A stretch of 63,182 nucleotides of DNA, filler included, from Chiloscyllium plagiosum (taxonomy: Eukaryota): NCBI RefSeq assembly GCF_004010195.1. It is 3 parts of one record of this genome, joined end to end, with 100 filler letters (N's around TTAATTAATTAA, not from the genome) between each part and the next. Parts side by side here need not be neighbours in the genome. Positions count along the whole stretch, not along the records: positions 1 to 31,906 come from NC_057713.1; positions 32,007 to 50,164 come from NC_057713.1; 1 more part is not named here. One strand, 5' to 3'. Positions 25,442 through 39,045 of this stretch are shown in pieces (position 1 is the stretch's first letter; each line of letters starts with the position of its first letter). The notes beneath the pieces are model-generated. The model was not told the DNA's origin. It searched no databases and saw only the letters and a program-made list of their open reading frames with translations. The position numbers and the translations under genes are program-made.

Positions 25442-25849
25442 TCAATTTCAGGATTCGCAAGGTTGAGTTCATTTCATACTACTAACAGCCATGTAAAAAT
25501 AATGACCAAATCATCGGCAGATGTTGATGCAAAGATATAGAGCATTATCTCTTTGAACCTAACTTAGTTGCAAGGCTGTTCGAACTGGTCATTGTTTCTA
25601 TGATTATCAAATCTTTCTAAAAGGTACTTCTGGACACACCTAAAGACTTCACCATCAGCACACTTCTAGAAGGACAACACAAGTTTGAAGCAGTTGTAAC
25701 AGGCCAGCATCATCGACAAGTGCGTGACTCTGTAACTAATATTACAGCCCTCAATGAGAACAGCAAACTCTCCAGGCATGTATGAGGTGTGATAAGCCTT
25801 ATCTTCCAAATATTGTTCAATACTTTTGTGACACTTATAAATTATGTTT

Positions 25850-26700
25850 TATAAGAGGGCATTGGACTAAAATTTAAAGGCAATGTTATTTACATCTGAA
25901 CAATAATATCCATTGACTCTTGTTGTAAGTATAGTGTTCACATTTAGGAAATGCACAAGCTGGATTGGGATTCAATGGTACAAGACAGCATCATCTACAA
26001 AGTCAAACTTAATAGGGAGGCTCTAGCTGTTATGTTTTGAAGAAAGATGGTACTCCATGTGCATCTTCACATGCAAGACAACTGGACATTGCACTAAAAA
26101 AAGATGCCCCACTTAGGTTTGCTACCCTGGAAGGTGTGAAGCAGTTTACCAAGGTTGATGCCAAGAATAAATATTCGTCAGGACACTTTTCCCAAGAGTC
26201 TCAGGAACAGGTAGTTTTTGGAACACCTTTCTAGAGATAGTGTTTTCTCAGCATGGCTATAATGGATCATCCAAATAGCAAAGATATATTCTATCAACAT
26301 TCAAATGATATGGTCAAGAATGCACCAGGTTAATTCAATATCACAGATGATTTTGCAGTTCTTTGGGAAACCAAACACAAACCTTCATCAGCTCATGGAA
26401 GCAGCAAAAAAAAAGGTTTCATTTTTAACAGCAAAAACGTCAGATCAGCATGAGCCAAATCAACTTCCTTGGTACAATCTGAAATGTCCTTAATAAGACA
26501 CTCAGCCCAATTAGCCATTGAAAATACATAATGGTTTTCCCAGCAATCCCCACATCCCATGAAAAAAAAGAAGAAATATTCCATGCACAGAACTCATTGA
26601 GACATATAATAACACTGGGTAGTCTTTAAAATACTGTAGAAACTTCTCTTGAAAAGAAAATACCCCTTATGAAGCTCATGACACTACCAATCAAAGCAGA
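25850..26700 (+). mobile_element. Decayed Gypsy/Ty3 pol (RT) remnant
   Basis: KKDG...GVKQFTKVDAKN...ESQEQVVFGTPF*R followed by ITDDF matches Gypsy RT motifs (KLDAKNGYW, TTFNTPFGRY, YxDD). Confidence 0.7.
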
Positions 26701-27729
26701 AGCACTGAAATTGTCCTTATTTATATCACTAATTAACCTGTCAAAATTAAGACAATCTCTTCAAAATATTTAATCTTATTGTCTGCTCACATACCTATTC
26801 ATAAAACAAAGCCCACAGTCCAGTCACAGCTATGCCAGTAACTCCTGCTGACCTAAGACTATTGGCAAGGCTTGGAACTCAGCCCTACGTTCATAATAAG
26901 ATCATATTACATAACTAAGTAAGCACCCAAGATATCAGTGCAATGGATTCTTCAAAATTGCCTGACTAGATATCCAACCATGTGACTCATCTTTTTCAAA
27001 GGCTTTAAGAAGTTTCAGAGAGGTCTGGCAAATGTACAGTTTTTTTTTCAACATTTTAAAATGTGTCTGAAAAATTATAATCATCAAACCAGAGTACCTG
27101 GCTGACTGATTTAAGTCATATTTTCAATGCTGAATAAAGTAGAAGAGACAGCTCCTGGATAAACTAATGTAATATACATGAATACTTGGATAAAGCTGGT
27201 CTCTTTAATGCTCAGTTTTCTTTTAAGGACAGAGTCTTATCAACAATGAAGGAATTGAAGACATAGTTAATCTAGTATAAACCATTATAATATGATTATT
27301 GAAATTGACAAGAGATTTTGAACTTCTGCCCATTTTGATGTGTTAAATGACTGACTTAATCTTCCAGGCTTTACAGAGTCTTCTTTAATCTAATGATTAG
27401 TACAGGAAATGGTAATGTAACAGTAATCTTGAGCTGACTATGCCAATGACAGATAATTTTCTAATTGAATTCAACAAAGTTTATCACGATTTATATGAAC
27501 AATATTTAGTAATGCAGGAAAAGAAAACAAACACACATAAGGATATCAGCACAAGGGAACCCCAATGACTCTTTGTTACTGTGGAATGGTTAATTACTTA
27601 ATTTTTCTCAGTCCTTTTCATCATCTTCTGCAAACACTGCCCGCTTCTCCTTTTTCATTAATTTTACACCTGGAATGAAGACATAAAACAATGTAAAGCT
27701 ATTAGAACCATCCTGACGTAAGGCCAAGT

Positions 27730-28440
27730 GAAATTTTTAAAAATGCGTATTGCTAGAAAAAGACTGATCTTATTGAAGCTGTTCACCTTGCACACATCAG
27801 GACAAATCACAAGAAATATACATACAAAGAAAAATCAACATTTATTCAATATGAGAGGACGGTGCTCATTGGTTGACAAGTGGATTCTGATTGATAGACG
27901 CATTGCCATGAAGCATGTACCAATTAATGATGACTGACATTTAGCTGTCAAGTTTTGTTTACACATTAAACAAGACAGGTTGACCTTGATTGCTCAAGGC
28001 ATTGCCTTGAGAAATGTATCAGAGAATAGCCAGCACCTATTTTATTGAATTGGAACAGGCACAGTGTGTGTCCATGTACTTTTGATATGAAAAGAAGAGG
28101 TCCCTTTGTATTAATATATGTACATGCTAGTTCAAATCCTCTGAGCCAGATAGACAACCCTGAATTGGTCAGCAGCTTAAGATTTCATTCAGTTAGGATG
28201 ATTTAGTAAAAGCATGTCCAATTATGGAATCACATCTGATTTTGGACACTTTGTCATGTATTTTGCAAGTTTGGTCTGGTTGAGTACAGTTAGTACCTTC
28301 CTTGCTGTGAGCAGCTGAAGGAACATGCTATTTGATATCATCCACCAATTTTTGACATGCATTATATTCATACCTAGCATCATAACTGGCTTTCAAATAC
28401 AGATAGCACAATACTTATTACTGTCATACACAGGACATTT
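27730..28440 (-). mobile_element. Old Penelope-like element 3' end (GIY-YIG region plus 3'UTR)
   Basis: Decayed DARY...KLVDDIK*HVP...RCDSIIG...TYINTKGPLL, with a degenerate ctgatgtg-tgcaaggtg-aacag hammerhead remnant near 27775-27800. Confidence 0.6.
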
Positions 28441-28839
28441 TTGGACTTGATGGCTATATTCTAGTAGTAGTGAACAACAGTTGTGTAGAGATACCTTACA
28501 CGTCCAGAAAGGATCCATTATCCTGCAGAATGGTTTTGCTCCCTATTTCAGCATCTTGTGCACATAGTAACCAAATGGCACGTGGTCTCCATGTGTTACT
28601 ATGAGGAAGCATGTTTGAGGCCACATCAATGGAGAGGCTGTGGACTGACATTTGGCTCCCTTTATCACAATATTACTAACCAGTAGTGCAGACTAAAAGC
28701 AAACCAGTGCACAAAATCAGTAAGTACGCTATCTTTAGCTATGCACTAGAATCATCACATCAACATGTCAGGCCTGTTTAGTAAGTAGCATCCTTGTACA
28801 GAAAGAAAGTGACTATTTTGGTAGTAATAACAGTAAAAG

Positions 28840-29612
28840 GGACTATTACTTGAAGGGTAAGAAATTGCAGCACACTGCTGTGCAGGGGCACCTGGATGTC
28901 CTTTTCATGCATCACAGAAGATTGGTCTGCAGGTGCAATAGGTAATTAAGAAAGCAAATGGAATTTTATCCTCCATTACTGAAAGGATTGAGTTTAAAAC
29001 TAGGGAGGTTATGTTACAGCTGTACAAGGAGCTGATGAGGCCACACCGGAGTACTGTGTGCAGGTTTGTTCTCCTTACTTGAGAAAGGATGGTCTGGCAC
29101 CAGAGGGGGTGCAGAGGAGGTTCACTAGGTTGATTCCAGAGTTGAGGGAATTGGCTTATGATGAGAGACTGAGTAGACTGGGATTATATTCATTGGAATT
29201 TAGAAGAATGAAGGGGGGATCTTTTTGAAACACATACAATTTTGAAGGCAATAGATGAGATAGAAGTAGAGAGGATGTTTCCACTGGCAGGTGAAACTAG
29301 AACAAGGGGGCATAGCCTCAAAATTAGGGGGAGCAGATTTAGGTCTGAATTGAGAAGGAACTTTTTCTCCCAGAGGATTGTGAATCCATGGAATTAACTG
29401 TCCAATGAAGTAGTCGAGTCTTCCTCAGTAAATGTTTTTAAAGCTAAGATAGATAATTTTTCAAACAATAATGGAACTAAGGGTTACGGTGAGAGGGCGG
29501 GTAAGTGGAGCTGATGCTACAAAAAGATCAGCCATGAGCTTGTTGAATGGCGGAGCAGGCTCGAAGGGCCAGATGACCTACTCCTGCTCCTAGTTCTTAT
29601 GTTCTTATGTTT
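28840..29612 (+). mobile_element. CR1 LINE 3' end (further CR1 fragment at 29640-29915)
   Basis: RT C-terminal motifs and tail tcttatgttcttatg. Confidence 0.85.
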
Positions 29613-29934
29613 AATTCAGCAGAAGGATAAATAAATATTTTTACAAGTGTACATGGCTTTGGTAAGACAACACCAGGAAGTGTTTTTGCTCTTTATAATT
29701 AAAAAAAGATATACTTGTCTTGGAGGCAATATAGCAAAGTTACACTAGACTGGTCCCTGGATTGACAGGATTGTTCTGGGATGAGACGCTGAGGAATTGG
29801 ACTTAAATTCTTTGGAGTTTAGAAGAATGAGAGATGATGTGATTAAAACATACAAAATTGTGAAGGGGCGTGACAGGGAAGATATTGAAATTTTGTTTCC
29901 CCCGTTGAGGAATCACGATAAAGGAACAATCATT

Positions 29935-30530
29935 TAGGGTCACCAAGCATCTTTGCTGGGCCTGAAATGGTCAGCCTGTCCTCCTGGTCACTGCTCATTT
30001 CAATTCCCCCTCCCACTCCCTCTCTGGTATGTCCATCCTTGGCCTCCTCCATTACCACAGTGAATCAGACCACAAATTGGAGGAACAATACCTTATCTTC
30101 CACCTGGGCAGCCTACAGTCCCAGAGAACTCAATATTGAGTTCTCCAATTTCAAATAACCTTTTCACCCCCTGGCTCCCTTCCCAGCTACACCTACTCTG
30201 TTCTATTCCACCTCCTGCCTCACTAGCTTCTCTATCATCCCACCCCCAATCTCATCCCATGTCAAGCCCTTACTCTCCTCCCCACCTCCTTGACCCAACC
30301 TCACCTGCCCATCTTCCTTCCCACCTATCCACTCCACCTTTCTCGTTGACCTATCACAAATAACCCCACCTGCGTCCACCTATTGCTAACCCACCTACCT
30401 TTCCCCCAGCGCCACCCCCTCCCTCTATTTATTTCTCTCCCCAATCCTGATGAAGAGTCTCGACTTGAAACATCGACTTCTTTACTTCGTGATGCTTCCT
30501 GGCTTGCTGTGTTCTTCCAATCTCCTGTTT
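29935..30530 (+). mobile_element. Penelope-like element 3' end with hammerhead motif at 30443-30478
   Basis: KLEEQ.LIFHLGSLQ..ELNIEFSNFK, a C-rich UTR, then CTGATGA-a-gagtc tc gactt-GAAAC-ATC. Confidence 0.75.
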
Positions 30531-30559
30531 ATCTCCCTTGAGATAGTCCACCAACTACA

Positions 30560-30900
30560 AGACACACATCAGGAGTGTGATGAATTCTCTCCATTTACCT
30601 GAATGGGAGCAGCTCCAACAATTCTCAAAAAAACTCAATAACATCTAAGAGAAAGCAGCCTATTTGCTTAGCACCTTATCCATCACCTACAAAGCTCACT
30701 TCCCTTTGCCACTTTTCCATTGGTGGCAATGTGTGCCAGCTATAAGGTGCACTGCAATAATTTGTCTAGGTTATTCTCAACTCCTGAACTCCACCAGCTG
30801 GAAGGGCAGCAAATGCAAAGGAACTTCATGAGCTGTCAGTTCCTCTCTAAACCACACACTGATTTGGAACTGTATTGCTGTTCCTACATTGTTGGCATGT
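30560..30900 (+). mobile_element. Old L2-like LINE RT-end fragment (related pieces at ~38600-38755 + and ~57340-57615 -)
   Basis: caggagtgtgatgaattctctccatttacctgaatgggagcagctccaac is a decayed RT C-terminal pattern. The related pieces share their tail with the 23430 SINE. Confidence 0.5.
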
Positions 30901-31514
30901 ATCCATCTGACAAAATGCTTTAAATTTATTTCTTGCAGAAAGGTTGTATCTTGTTTCTCCATTGTAACCATTTTGGGGAAATAACTGTATCCAGATATGA
31001 CAACATCACTTTTCTAATGAGCAATCTATTATGAAAACATTGGTGGATAATCATAACTTGACAATTTACACTTGCTATATAGCATGTTTCACAATGGCCA
31101 AAATGTGTTTAGCTTTCTGTCTGAAGGCATTATTCCCTATAAATTTTCAACCTTCCCCTTGAGGTAACAATTGTATGATACCAATATTATGAGCCTCTCA
31201 TCCAAAAAGTCACTTTGTGAAGGATAAAATTGTAGCCAGCCTTTATATAAATGCAAATTTATTTATAGAATTACACATTGCAAGAATAAAGCTCTGTATT
31301 AACTCAGGAAGCCTGACTGGAAAAGAATATCATTTGTTATTGAACACCAAAATAGAACCAGTACTTGTAACACCTGTGGGTTATCCTGGCCTGGGACGGG
31401 CAGTTCTGCAGACCTGTTCCTAGGTCTGCTTTGTCTTGTATTCATTTAACCTATTTTTCGAATCAACCTGCTCAGAGATGTTATTACGCATTGTCTGTAA
31501 CAAGTGAACTCATA

Positions 31515-31906
31515 CTATAAGACCATAAGACCATAAGACATAGGAGTGGAAGTAAGGCCATTCGGCCCATCGAGTCCACTTCACAATTCAATCATGGCTG
31601 ATGGGCATTTCAACTCCACTTACCCGCATTCTCCCCATAGCCCTTAATTACTTGTGACATCAAGAATTTATCAATTCCTGCCTTGAAGACATTTAGCGTC
31701 CCAGCCTCCACTGCACTCCGCGGCAATGAATTCCACAGACCCACCACTCTCTGGCTGAAGAAATGTCTCCACATTTCTGTTCTGAATTTATCCCCTCTAA
31801 TTCTAAGGCGGTGTCCACGGGTCCTAGTCTCCTCACCTAACAGAAACAATTTTCTAGCGTCCACCCTCTCCAAGCCATGTATTATCTTGTAAGTTTCTAT
31901 TAGATC
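31515..31906 (-). mobile_element. Young CR1 3' end truncated by a gap
   Basis: ORF 31610-31873 (TRGHRLRIRG...FFSQRVVGLWNSLP) with an (ataagacc)x3 tail. Confidence 0.9.
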
Positions 31907-31950
31907 NNNNNNNNNNNNNNNNNNNNNNNNNNNNNNNNNNNNNNNNNNNN

Positions 31951-31962
31951 TTAATTAATTAA
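31951..31962. other. Artificial scaffolding linker TTAATTAATTAA in an N-gap (second copy at 50209-50220)
   Basis: Identical 12-mer flanked by equal N runs on both sides. It gives stops in all six frames. Confidence 0.9.
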
Positions 31963-32006
31963 NNNNNNNNNNNNNNNNNNNNNNNNNNNNNNNNNNNNNN
32001 NNNNNN

Positions 32007-32385
32007 CCTGACCTGCTGTGCTGTTCCAGCAATAAAGTTTCAACTTTGATCTCCAGCATCTGCAGACCTCACTTTCTCCCCAGAGAACAGCCAGGGAATT
32101 CCTAGAGGCATGGCATTCATCCACAAACTCCATCAACAAACACATCGACCTGGACCCAATATACCAACCACTATAGCGGACAGCTGAAACTGACAACCGG
32201 AAGCGGCAGGGACAGACCACTATAAACACCGGAGGAAACATCAAAGAAGCGCTTCGCAAGAGGCTCCCAAGCACTGATGATGTCGCCTAGCCAGGGGACG
32301 AAACGTTTGCAACAAAAACTTCCAGCTCGGCGAACAGAACCACAACAACGAGCACCCGAGCTACAAATCTTCGCACAAACTTTGA
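32007..32385 (+). mobile_element. PLE pLTR end (32007-32080) fused to a young Penelope 3' end (32081-32385) with hammerhead at 32271-32310
   Basis: AREFLEAWHSSTNSINKHIDLDPIYQPL is a GIY-YIG C-terminus. Nearly identical to 62909-63182. Confidence 0.85.
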
Positions 32386-32556
32386 ACTGCAGATCTTGTT
32401 ATTGTCACAATTCATGAGATTAAAATCCCACTCAATGTGAGGAACAGATCAGGAGGGACATCATTGAATCTGTTAAACACAATTACAAGGTGGATCTGTT
32501 ACATTCTGGCCACAGACAGTATGAACAGTTGCAATCAGTGATTGTCAGAGGTAAGA

Positions 32557-32743
32557 TTAAAAATCACACAATGCCATGCTATAGTCCAACAGGTTTATTT
32601 GGAAGCACTAGCTTTTGGAGCACTGCTCCTTTCTCGGCATTCTGAAAGCTAGTGCTTCCAACTAAACCTATTGGGCTATAACCTGGTGTTGTGTGACTTT
32701 TTAACTTTGTCCCCCTCAGTCCAACACCAGCACCTCCAAGTCA
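32557..32743 (+). mobile_element. Palindromic PLE-derived element (second family) with 14 bp TSD, inserted in a Gypsy pol remnant (~32390-33120)
   Basis: Arms ggaagcactagcttt / aaagctagtgcttcc. TSD tgtcagaggtaaga / tgtcaaaggtaaga at 32543-32556 and 32744-32757. The downstream flank encodes decayed IIQGW..NIKEIP. Confidence 0.75.
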
Positions 32744-34911
32744 TGTCAAAGGTAAGAAACTAAAACAGTCACAGAATACCATTATCCAGGGATGGCTGAC
32801 AATATTAAAGAAATTCCTGACAGCATTAATTCACTTGTCCATATAGAATTAAACCTGACATCCCATGGCACATCATTCTCAAGGGTAAATAGGTCTTAAA
32901 TCCAAATACACGAAGCCATGTTACAGCAGGATCACTGAATTTAATAGAAACAAATCATCCCGTTTCTAGTCGTATATTGTAATAGTTCTATATATCATTT
33001 CTCAGCCTAAAGCAATATTGAATCTCATAAAATCACATGGATTGGATTGGAATCAAACGTAAAAAAACTCAAAAAGTCTGAAGTATGAACTCTTACACAA
33101 CTTGAATATTTTACGTCCAGTTTGAACAGAGTTCGGAAAAGACACAGATAGATCAATCCATTTACAGGGAGTGAGTTAATCACTTTAATATTTTAATGAA
33201 TTTTCATGTTTTCAATTTATTAGTGATTCTATTTATAACTTAATTCAACTGGACTTTCTACCTCAAGAAACCCATTAGACTGAGAAAAGAAGGACTGATT
33301 TTTCTTTTATTACTGCATGGGATGTTGGTGCCTCCAACTAGGCCAGCAGAGGCAGTTAAGAGTCAACCACATTGCTGTGGGTCTGGAGTCACTTGTAGGC
33401 TGGACCAGGGTAGGACAGCAGTTTCCATGAAAGGTAGGAACCAATTTTTTTTCTAACCATCTACAATGGTTTTGTGGTCATCATTAGATTCTTAATTCCA
33501 GCTTTGGTGGAATCATAATCCATGACCTAAATGCCTTTACAGAACTGCTTGTGGAGTGGAATGGCCTAGTTGGAGGCACCAACATCCCATGCAGTAATAA
33601 AAGAAGAGAAATGGTACCTCTCTCTAAGCCAACAACCTACCCCAGTCCAGGCCCTCTCCTCTCATCACACACCTACCACTTAGTAATCAGACTCCCTCCA
33701 CAATCAAGATCACCACCACTGCCACCCAGTACCCCCGGGATTCTCCCAGTACCCATTTTATTCCAACACAGCTTAGTTGTGATTCTTGCTTGAGAGTTCT
33801 TCAGCCAATCAATCAGAATGACTTTGTGTGTGAAGCAGCAAAAATCAGAAACAAATCATTGACTGTCAGGGACCATTCCTTCAAAATCATTCCTTATTTT
33901 CTACGTGGCAGCAGGACAAGTCAGTTCTTGAACTTTAAAACTTATTTTTATATGAAGGCTTGCCAGAGAATCCAGATATTAGCATATGTAAACATATCCA
34001 ACACCCTTTCCTTTCTGCAATTTATATCTACTATTTTCTGTGCAGAACATAATAATTATAAATGCCTTCAAATAATCAAAAACTTTCCTTTCCAAAACCT
34101 CTTAGTATTTGAGAGCAGAGCAGTTGAATGGAGATCGAGCTGACCACAATGATACACAGGCTCCAGTAGATGAAGACCAAGAGGATTTGGAATATTTTCC
34201 ACTAAACTAAACCCAAGGTTCAGTTCTTGGGGCTGATTAGAACATGATGCAGTTAATAAATGCATGCCGCTGAGCTAGCCTGTTTCTGATTAGACTAACA
34301 TGCCAAACTGCGAGTTTTCAGTCCTTAAGGTTTCATTTCCTTCTTGTCTCCTCCTTCTTTGCATCACACCCACATACACACAACATCTCCTTGGAAAATC
34401 CGCAACCACACAAGGTGCTGTGACAAATGGGACTTCATAAAAAGGAATGTAAAAGCCAAAATTAATTCACTTCTTCCAACCTCTGTGCAACATTCATCTC
34501 AAACTCAGCAACAACATCTTGTTCTTCAATTAATAACAAACATAAAGGAAAGCCTGAAAGGCAACAAATCAAAGCACCATGGTCAGAGTATCACTGACCC
34601 ATGAATGTTTTACGTTGTGTATGCTCCCTTTTTGAAAAGTTAAGAGGAGTTCACAATTCTTTATTGAAACTTCTTATTTTTTTCAACTATGCTGACAACA
34701 GACATTGTGCTAATTAAATACAATTACATAAAACGGATAGGAAAATATATCTAGCAATTAAATCTATCTATTAAGGCAACCATGTATGACACCAACTTCT
34801 GAAATAAGCAAAAAAGTCACAGAAAATTACTTGAGACTAATTTAGAAGGACTGAGAAATTGCTCTCTAACTCTTTAAGTCAAGAGGGCAGATTCTAGTAG
34901 ATCGCAATAGG

Positions 34912-37900
34912 TCATAAAACTCAGTCAGAACAATACATACATGAGGCCCTTCGAGCCTGCTTCGCTACTCAATAAGATTATGGCTAATCGTTTCGTGGAC
35001 TCAGATCCACTTACTCGCCTTCTCAATGTATCCCTTAATTCCTTTATTATTAAAAAAAAACTACCTTAGCTTTAAAAATGTTTACTTCCCTGGGCAAGGA
35101 ATTCCATAGATTAATGACCTTCTGGGGAAAGAAGTTCCTTCTCAATTCAGTCTTAAATATGCTCCCCCTAATTTTGAGGCTATGCCCTCTTGTCCTAGCT
35201 TCACCTGCCAGTGGAAACATTCTCTCTACTTCTATCTTATCTATTCCCTTCAAAATTTTGCATGTTTCTATAAGATGCCCCCTCATTCTTCTGAATTCCA
35301 ATTAATATGATCCAAGTCTATTCAGCCTCTCCTCATAAACTGAACTCCTCAACTCTGGAATCAACCTAGTGAACTTTCTCTGCACCCCCTTTAGTACCAA
35401 TACATTCTTTCTCAAGTAAGGAGACCAAAACACACACAGTATTGCAGGTATGGCCTCACCAGCACCCTCTACAGTTGCAACATAACCTCCCTGCTTTTAA
35501 ACTCAATCCGTCTGGCAATGAAGGATAAAATTCCATTTGCCTTCCTAATTACTTGCTGTACCTGCAGACCAACCTTCTGTGATTCATGCACAAGGACACC
35601 CAGGTCCCTCTGCACAGCAGCATGCTGCAAATTTTTATCATTCAAGTAATAATCATTTTTATGTTACTCTTACTAATATGGATGATTTCACATTTATTTA
35701 CATTGTATTCCATCTGCCAGACCTTTGCCGCTCACTCCATGTACCTATGTTTCTCTGCAAAGTTCCTCTCTGCATGCTTTGCTCTGCCATTCATTTTTGT
35801 GTCATCTGAAAACTTTGACACCTTACATGTGGTCCCCAACTCCAAATCATCTGTTATAAATTGTGACTAATTGTGGCCCAATACTGATCTCTGAGGTACA
35901 CCACTAGTTATTGGCTGCCAGCCAGAATAGCACTGATTTATACCCACTCTTTGCTTTCTGTTAGTCAACAAATCCTCTATTCACGCTAATATTCTACCCC
36001 TAACACCATGCATCCTTATCTTATGCAGCAGCTTCTTGTGTGGCACCTTGTCAAAGGCCTGTTGGAAATCTAGGTACACCACATCCAATGGGTCGCCATT
36101 GTCCACCTTGCTCATAATGTTTTCATAGAATTCCAAAAGATTTGTTAAGCATGACCTGCTGCATCTGCCCAACCGGATAATAAATATGCCCTGCTGTTTT
36201 TACCTTGATAATAGACTCAAGCATCTTCCCCACTACAGAGGTTAAGCTAACCAGTCTATAATTTCTCATCTAATGTCTACATCACTTTTTAAACAATGAC
36301 ATCACATTTGTTGTTTTCCAGTCTACTTGGACTGCCCCAGAGTCCAGTGAATTTTGGAAGATTATTGCTAGTGCACCTGCTAATTCACCGGCTATCTCTT
36401 TTAGTACCCAAGGGTGCATTCCATCAGGACCAGGAGTCTTATTTATCCTTAGCTCCATTAGCTTGCCCAACACTACCTCTTCTGTAATAATAATAGTTTC
36501 CAGATCCTCACCTACCTTCATCTCTTTGTCAATTACTGGCATGTTATTAGTATCCTCCACTGTGAAGACTGATGCAAAGTACCTGTTCAATGCCTCAGCC
36601 ATTTCATCATATCCCATAACTAAATGCCCCTTCTCATCCTCTAAATGACCAATGTTTACTTTAGCCACTCTTTTTCGATTTATATATTTATAGAAACCTT
36701 TGCTATTTGTTTTTATATTCTGTGCTAGTTTTTTCTCATGTCCTATCTTGCTTTTCTTTATATATCTTTTTGTGGCTTTCTATTGATCTTTAAAGTTTAC
36801 TCAATCTTCTAGTTTCATACTGTTGTCAGCCACTTTCTATGCCTTCTCTTTCAATTTGATAGCCTTCCTTATTTCCTTAGACACCCATGGCAGATGACCC
36901 CTTTTCTTATAGTCCTTCCTTTTCACTGGAATATACATCTGCTGAGCACTTGGAAAATTGCTTTGAAAGTCCTCCACTGCTTGTCAACTGTCCCACCATA
37001 AAATCTTTGTTTCCAGTCTACTTTAGCCAATTCCTCCCTCATTCTATTATAGTCTCCCTTGTTTAACCACAGGATGCAGGTATTGAATTTTATCTTTACA
37101 CTCTCCGCCTGTATTCTAAATTCAACCATACTGTGATTCACTCCTTCCAGGAGCATCCCTGACTATGAGTTCATTAATTATTCCTGTCTCACTACACAGA
37201 ACCAAATCTAGGATAGGTTGCTCCCTCGTCTGTTCCATTCCATGTTGCTCAAGAAAACTATCATGGATACACTCAATGAACTCCTCTTCAACACAATCCT
37301 GACCAAGCTGGTTTGACCAATCTACATGTCGATAAAAATCCCCCATGATAATTGCTGTACCATTTTTACAGGGATTAGTCATTTCCTTGTTTGTTACTTG
37401 CCCCAGTGAGATATTATTATTGGGTGGCCTATAGACTGCGCCTATCAGCGACTTTTTCTTCTTAGAATTTTTAATTTCCACCCAAATGGATTCAATCTTA
37501 TTCTCAATAGAACCTATATCATCTCTCAGCACCACTCTGATGTTGCCCTTGAATATCAGAGCTATACCACCTCCCTCACCTTTCTATCTCTCTGATACTC
37601 CTGGATATTTAACTCCCAGTTGTGACCATCCTGTAATCATATCTCCATAATGGCTACTAAATTATATTCATTCGCGATGATTTGTGCCGTTAACTCATCG
37701 AATTTGTTACGAATGCTACGAGCATTCAGGTAAAGTGCCTTAATGTTTGCTTTCTTACACTCGTGATTTCCAACATCTCTAATAATATTTCCTGAATTAT
37801 CCTTTCTTTTTACTTCTTTCATAGCCTGCCTTTCGCTTATATCATCCTGCATACATGCTAACCCGCTGCTTATCTTTTTATTTACTTGCTGTTGTTTTCC
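34912..37900 (-). mobile_element. CR1 LINE, near-complete disrupted ORF2 and 3' end
   Basis: YLNARSIRNK, GDF, TPGPDGMHP, RSCLTNLLEF, LDFQQAFDKVPH and TRGHSLKI motifs occur in order. Confidence 0.9.
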
Positions 37901-38939
37901 CTTTCCATTCCCTGTGACTCAGTTGACCCCAACTCTTATCTTCTGCAATTTAAAATATTCTCTCCCTTTCCTGGGGCTGCAAGAAATCCATATTTACATG
38001 ACTTCGTACTTGGACCATGGTAGAAAGTGCCAGATAAATGCAAGGTTTGCTGTTGATTCATTCTCAGTGATTGCTCACATAAGATGATGACAGACAGCAA
38101 AAAAAATCTTGTTAGTCATCTAACCTAATGCTTCTTCCATACTTTTTTTACTTGTGTTTCTTGATTTCTCCTCCCTATCCAACTCAAACAGCCTCTGTCC
38201 ATGAATATCAGCCAAAGTTCAGTGAAATGTTATTGTCTCTGGGTCAGCAGATAAAAACCACATTGTCAAACTAGTAAATAAGCACATATTTTAGATGACT
38301 GCTCAGTCCAGGACTGAGGGAGCATCAGAGATGAATTGCCAGAGTTGAAACTATTTGAAGTAGAATTGTGCAGTTTTATCCTTTAACCAAGAACATCAAA
38401 TTAACTGGTCAATTACGCTATTTTTGTTTGAGTGACCTGTATGCAATTTAATGCTGTGTTTCCTCCATCACAACTATGACTTTCCATAAATGAAATTTCT
38501 ATATCCAAGTGATATAGTGGCTATTATGTTTGAAGATTATGTGATCTTTCTCCCAATCTTCATTCAATCTGCAATCCATATTCTTATTGTTAATCCTAGA
38601 TATACCTGGAACTCCCTCCCTAACAGAACTGTAGGCTTACTTCCACCCAAAAGACTGTAATTGTTCAAGATGTTAACTCACCACCACTTTCTCCAGGGTA
38701 GTTAGGGTGGGAAATAAATGCTGGTCCAGTAGCAATGCCCTCATTCATATGTAGACATAACAAATGGATCAAAGTGGCACTTTGAATGGGAACCCTACAT
38801 ACCATCTTCAAATGATTAGTTTTGCTTGAGATTTGTTGCTGAAGGAATTGAACCACAGGTCTAGATCCACGTTTGTACCGCAAAGACGTGAAGGCATTTT
38901 AAGAAAAAAAACTTAAAAGTGTTTTCCAATATATTGACT

Positions 38940-39045
38940 CTGAAATAAAAGAACAAAATGCTGGAGAAACTCAGCAGGTCTGGCAGCATCTTTAGGGTGA
39001 GAAGCAGAGTTAACATTTCGAGTCCAAAACTCTTCTTCAGAAATC
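38940..39045 (-). mobile_element. PLE pLTR fragment with hammerhead motif (39008-39044)
   Basis: Minus strand: CTGAAGA-a-gagtt ttg gactc-GAAAT-GTT-aact. Confidence 0.65.
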
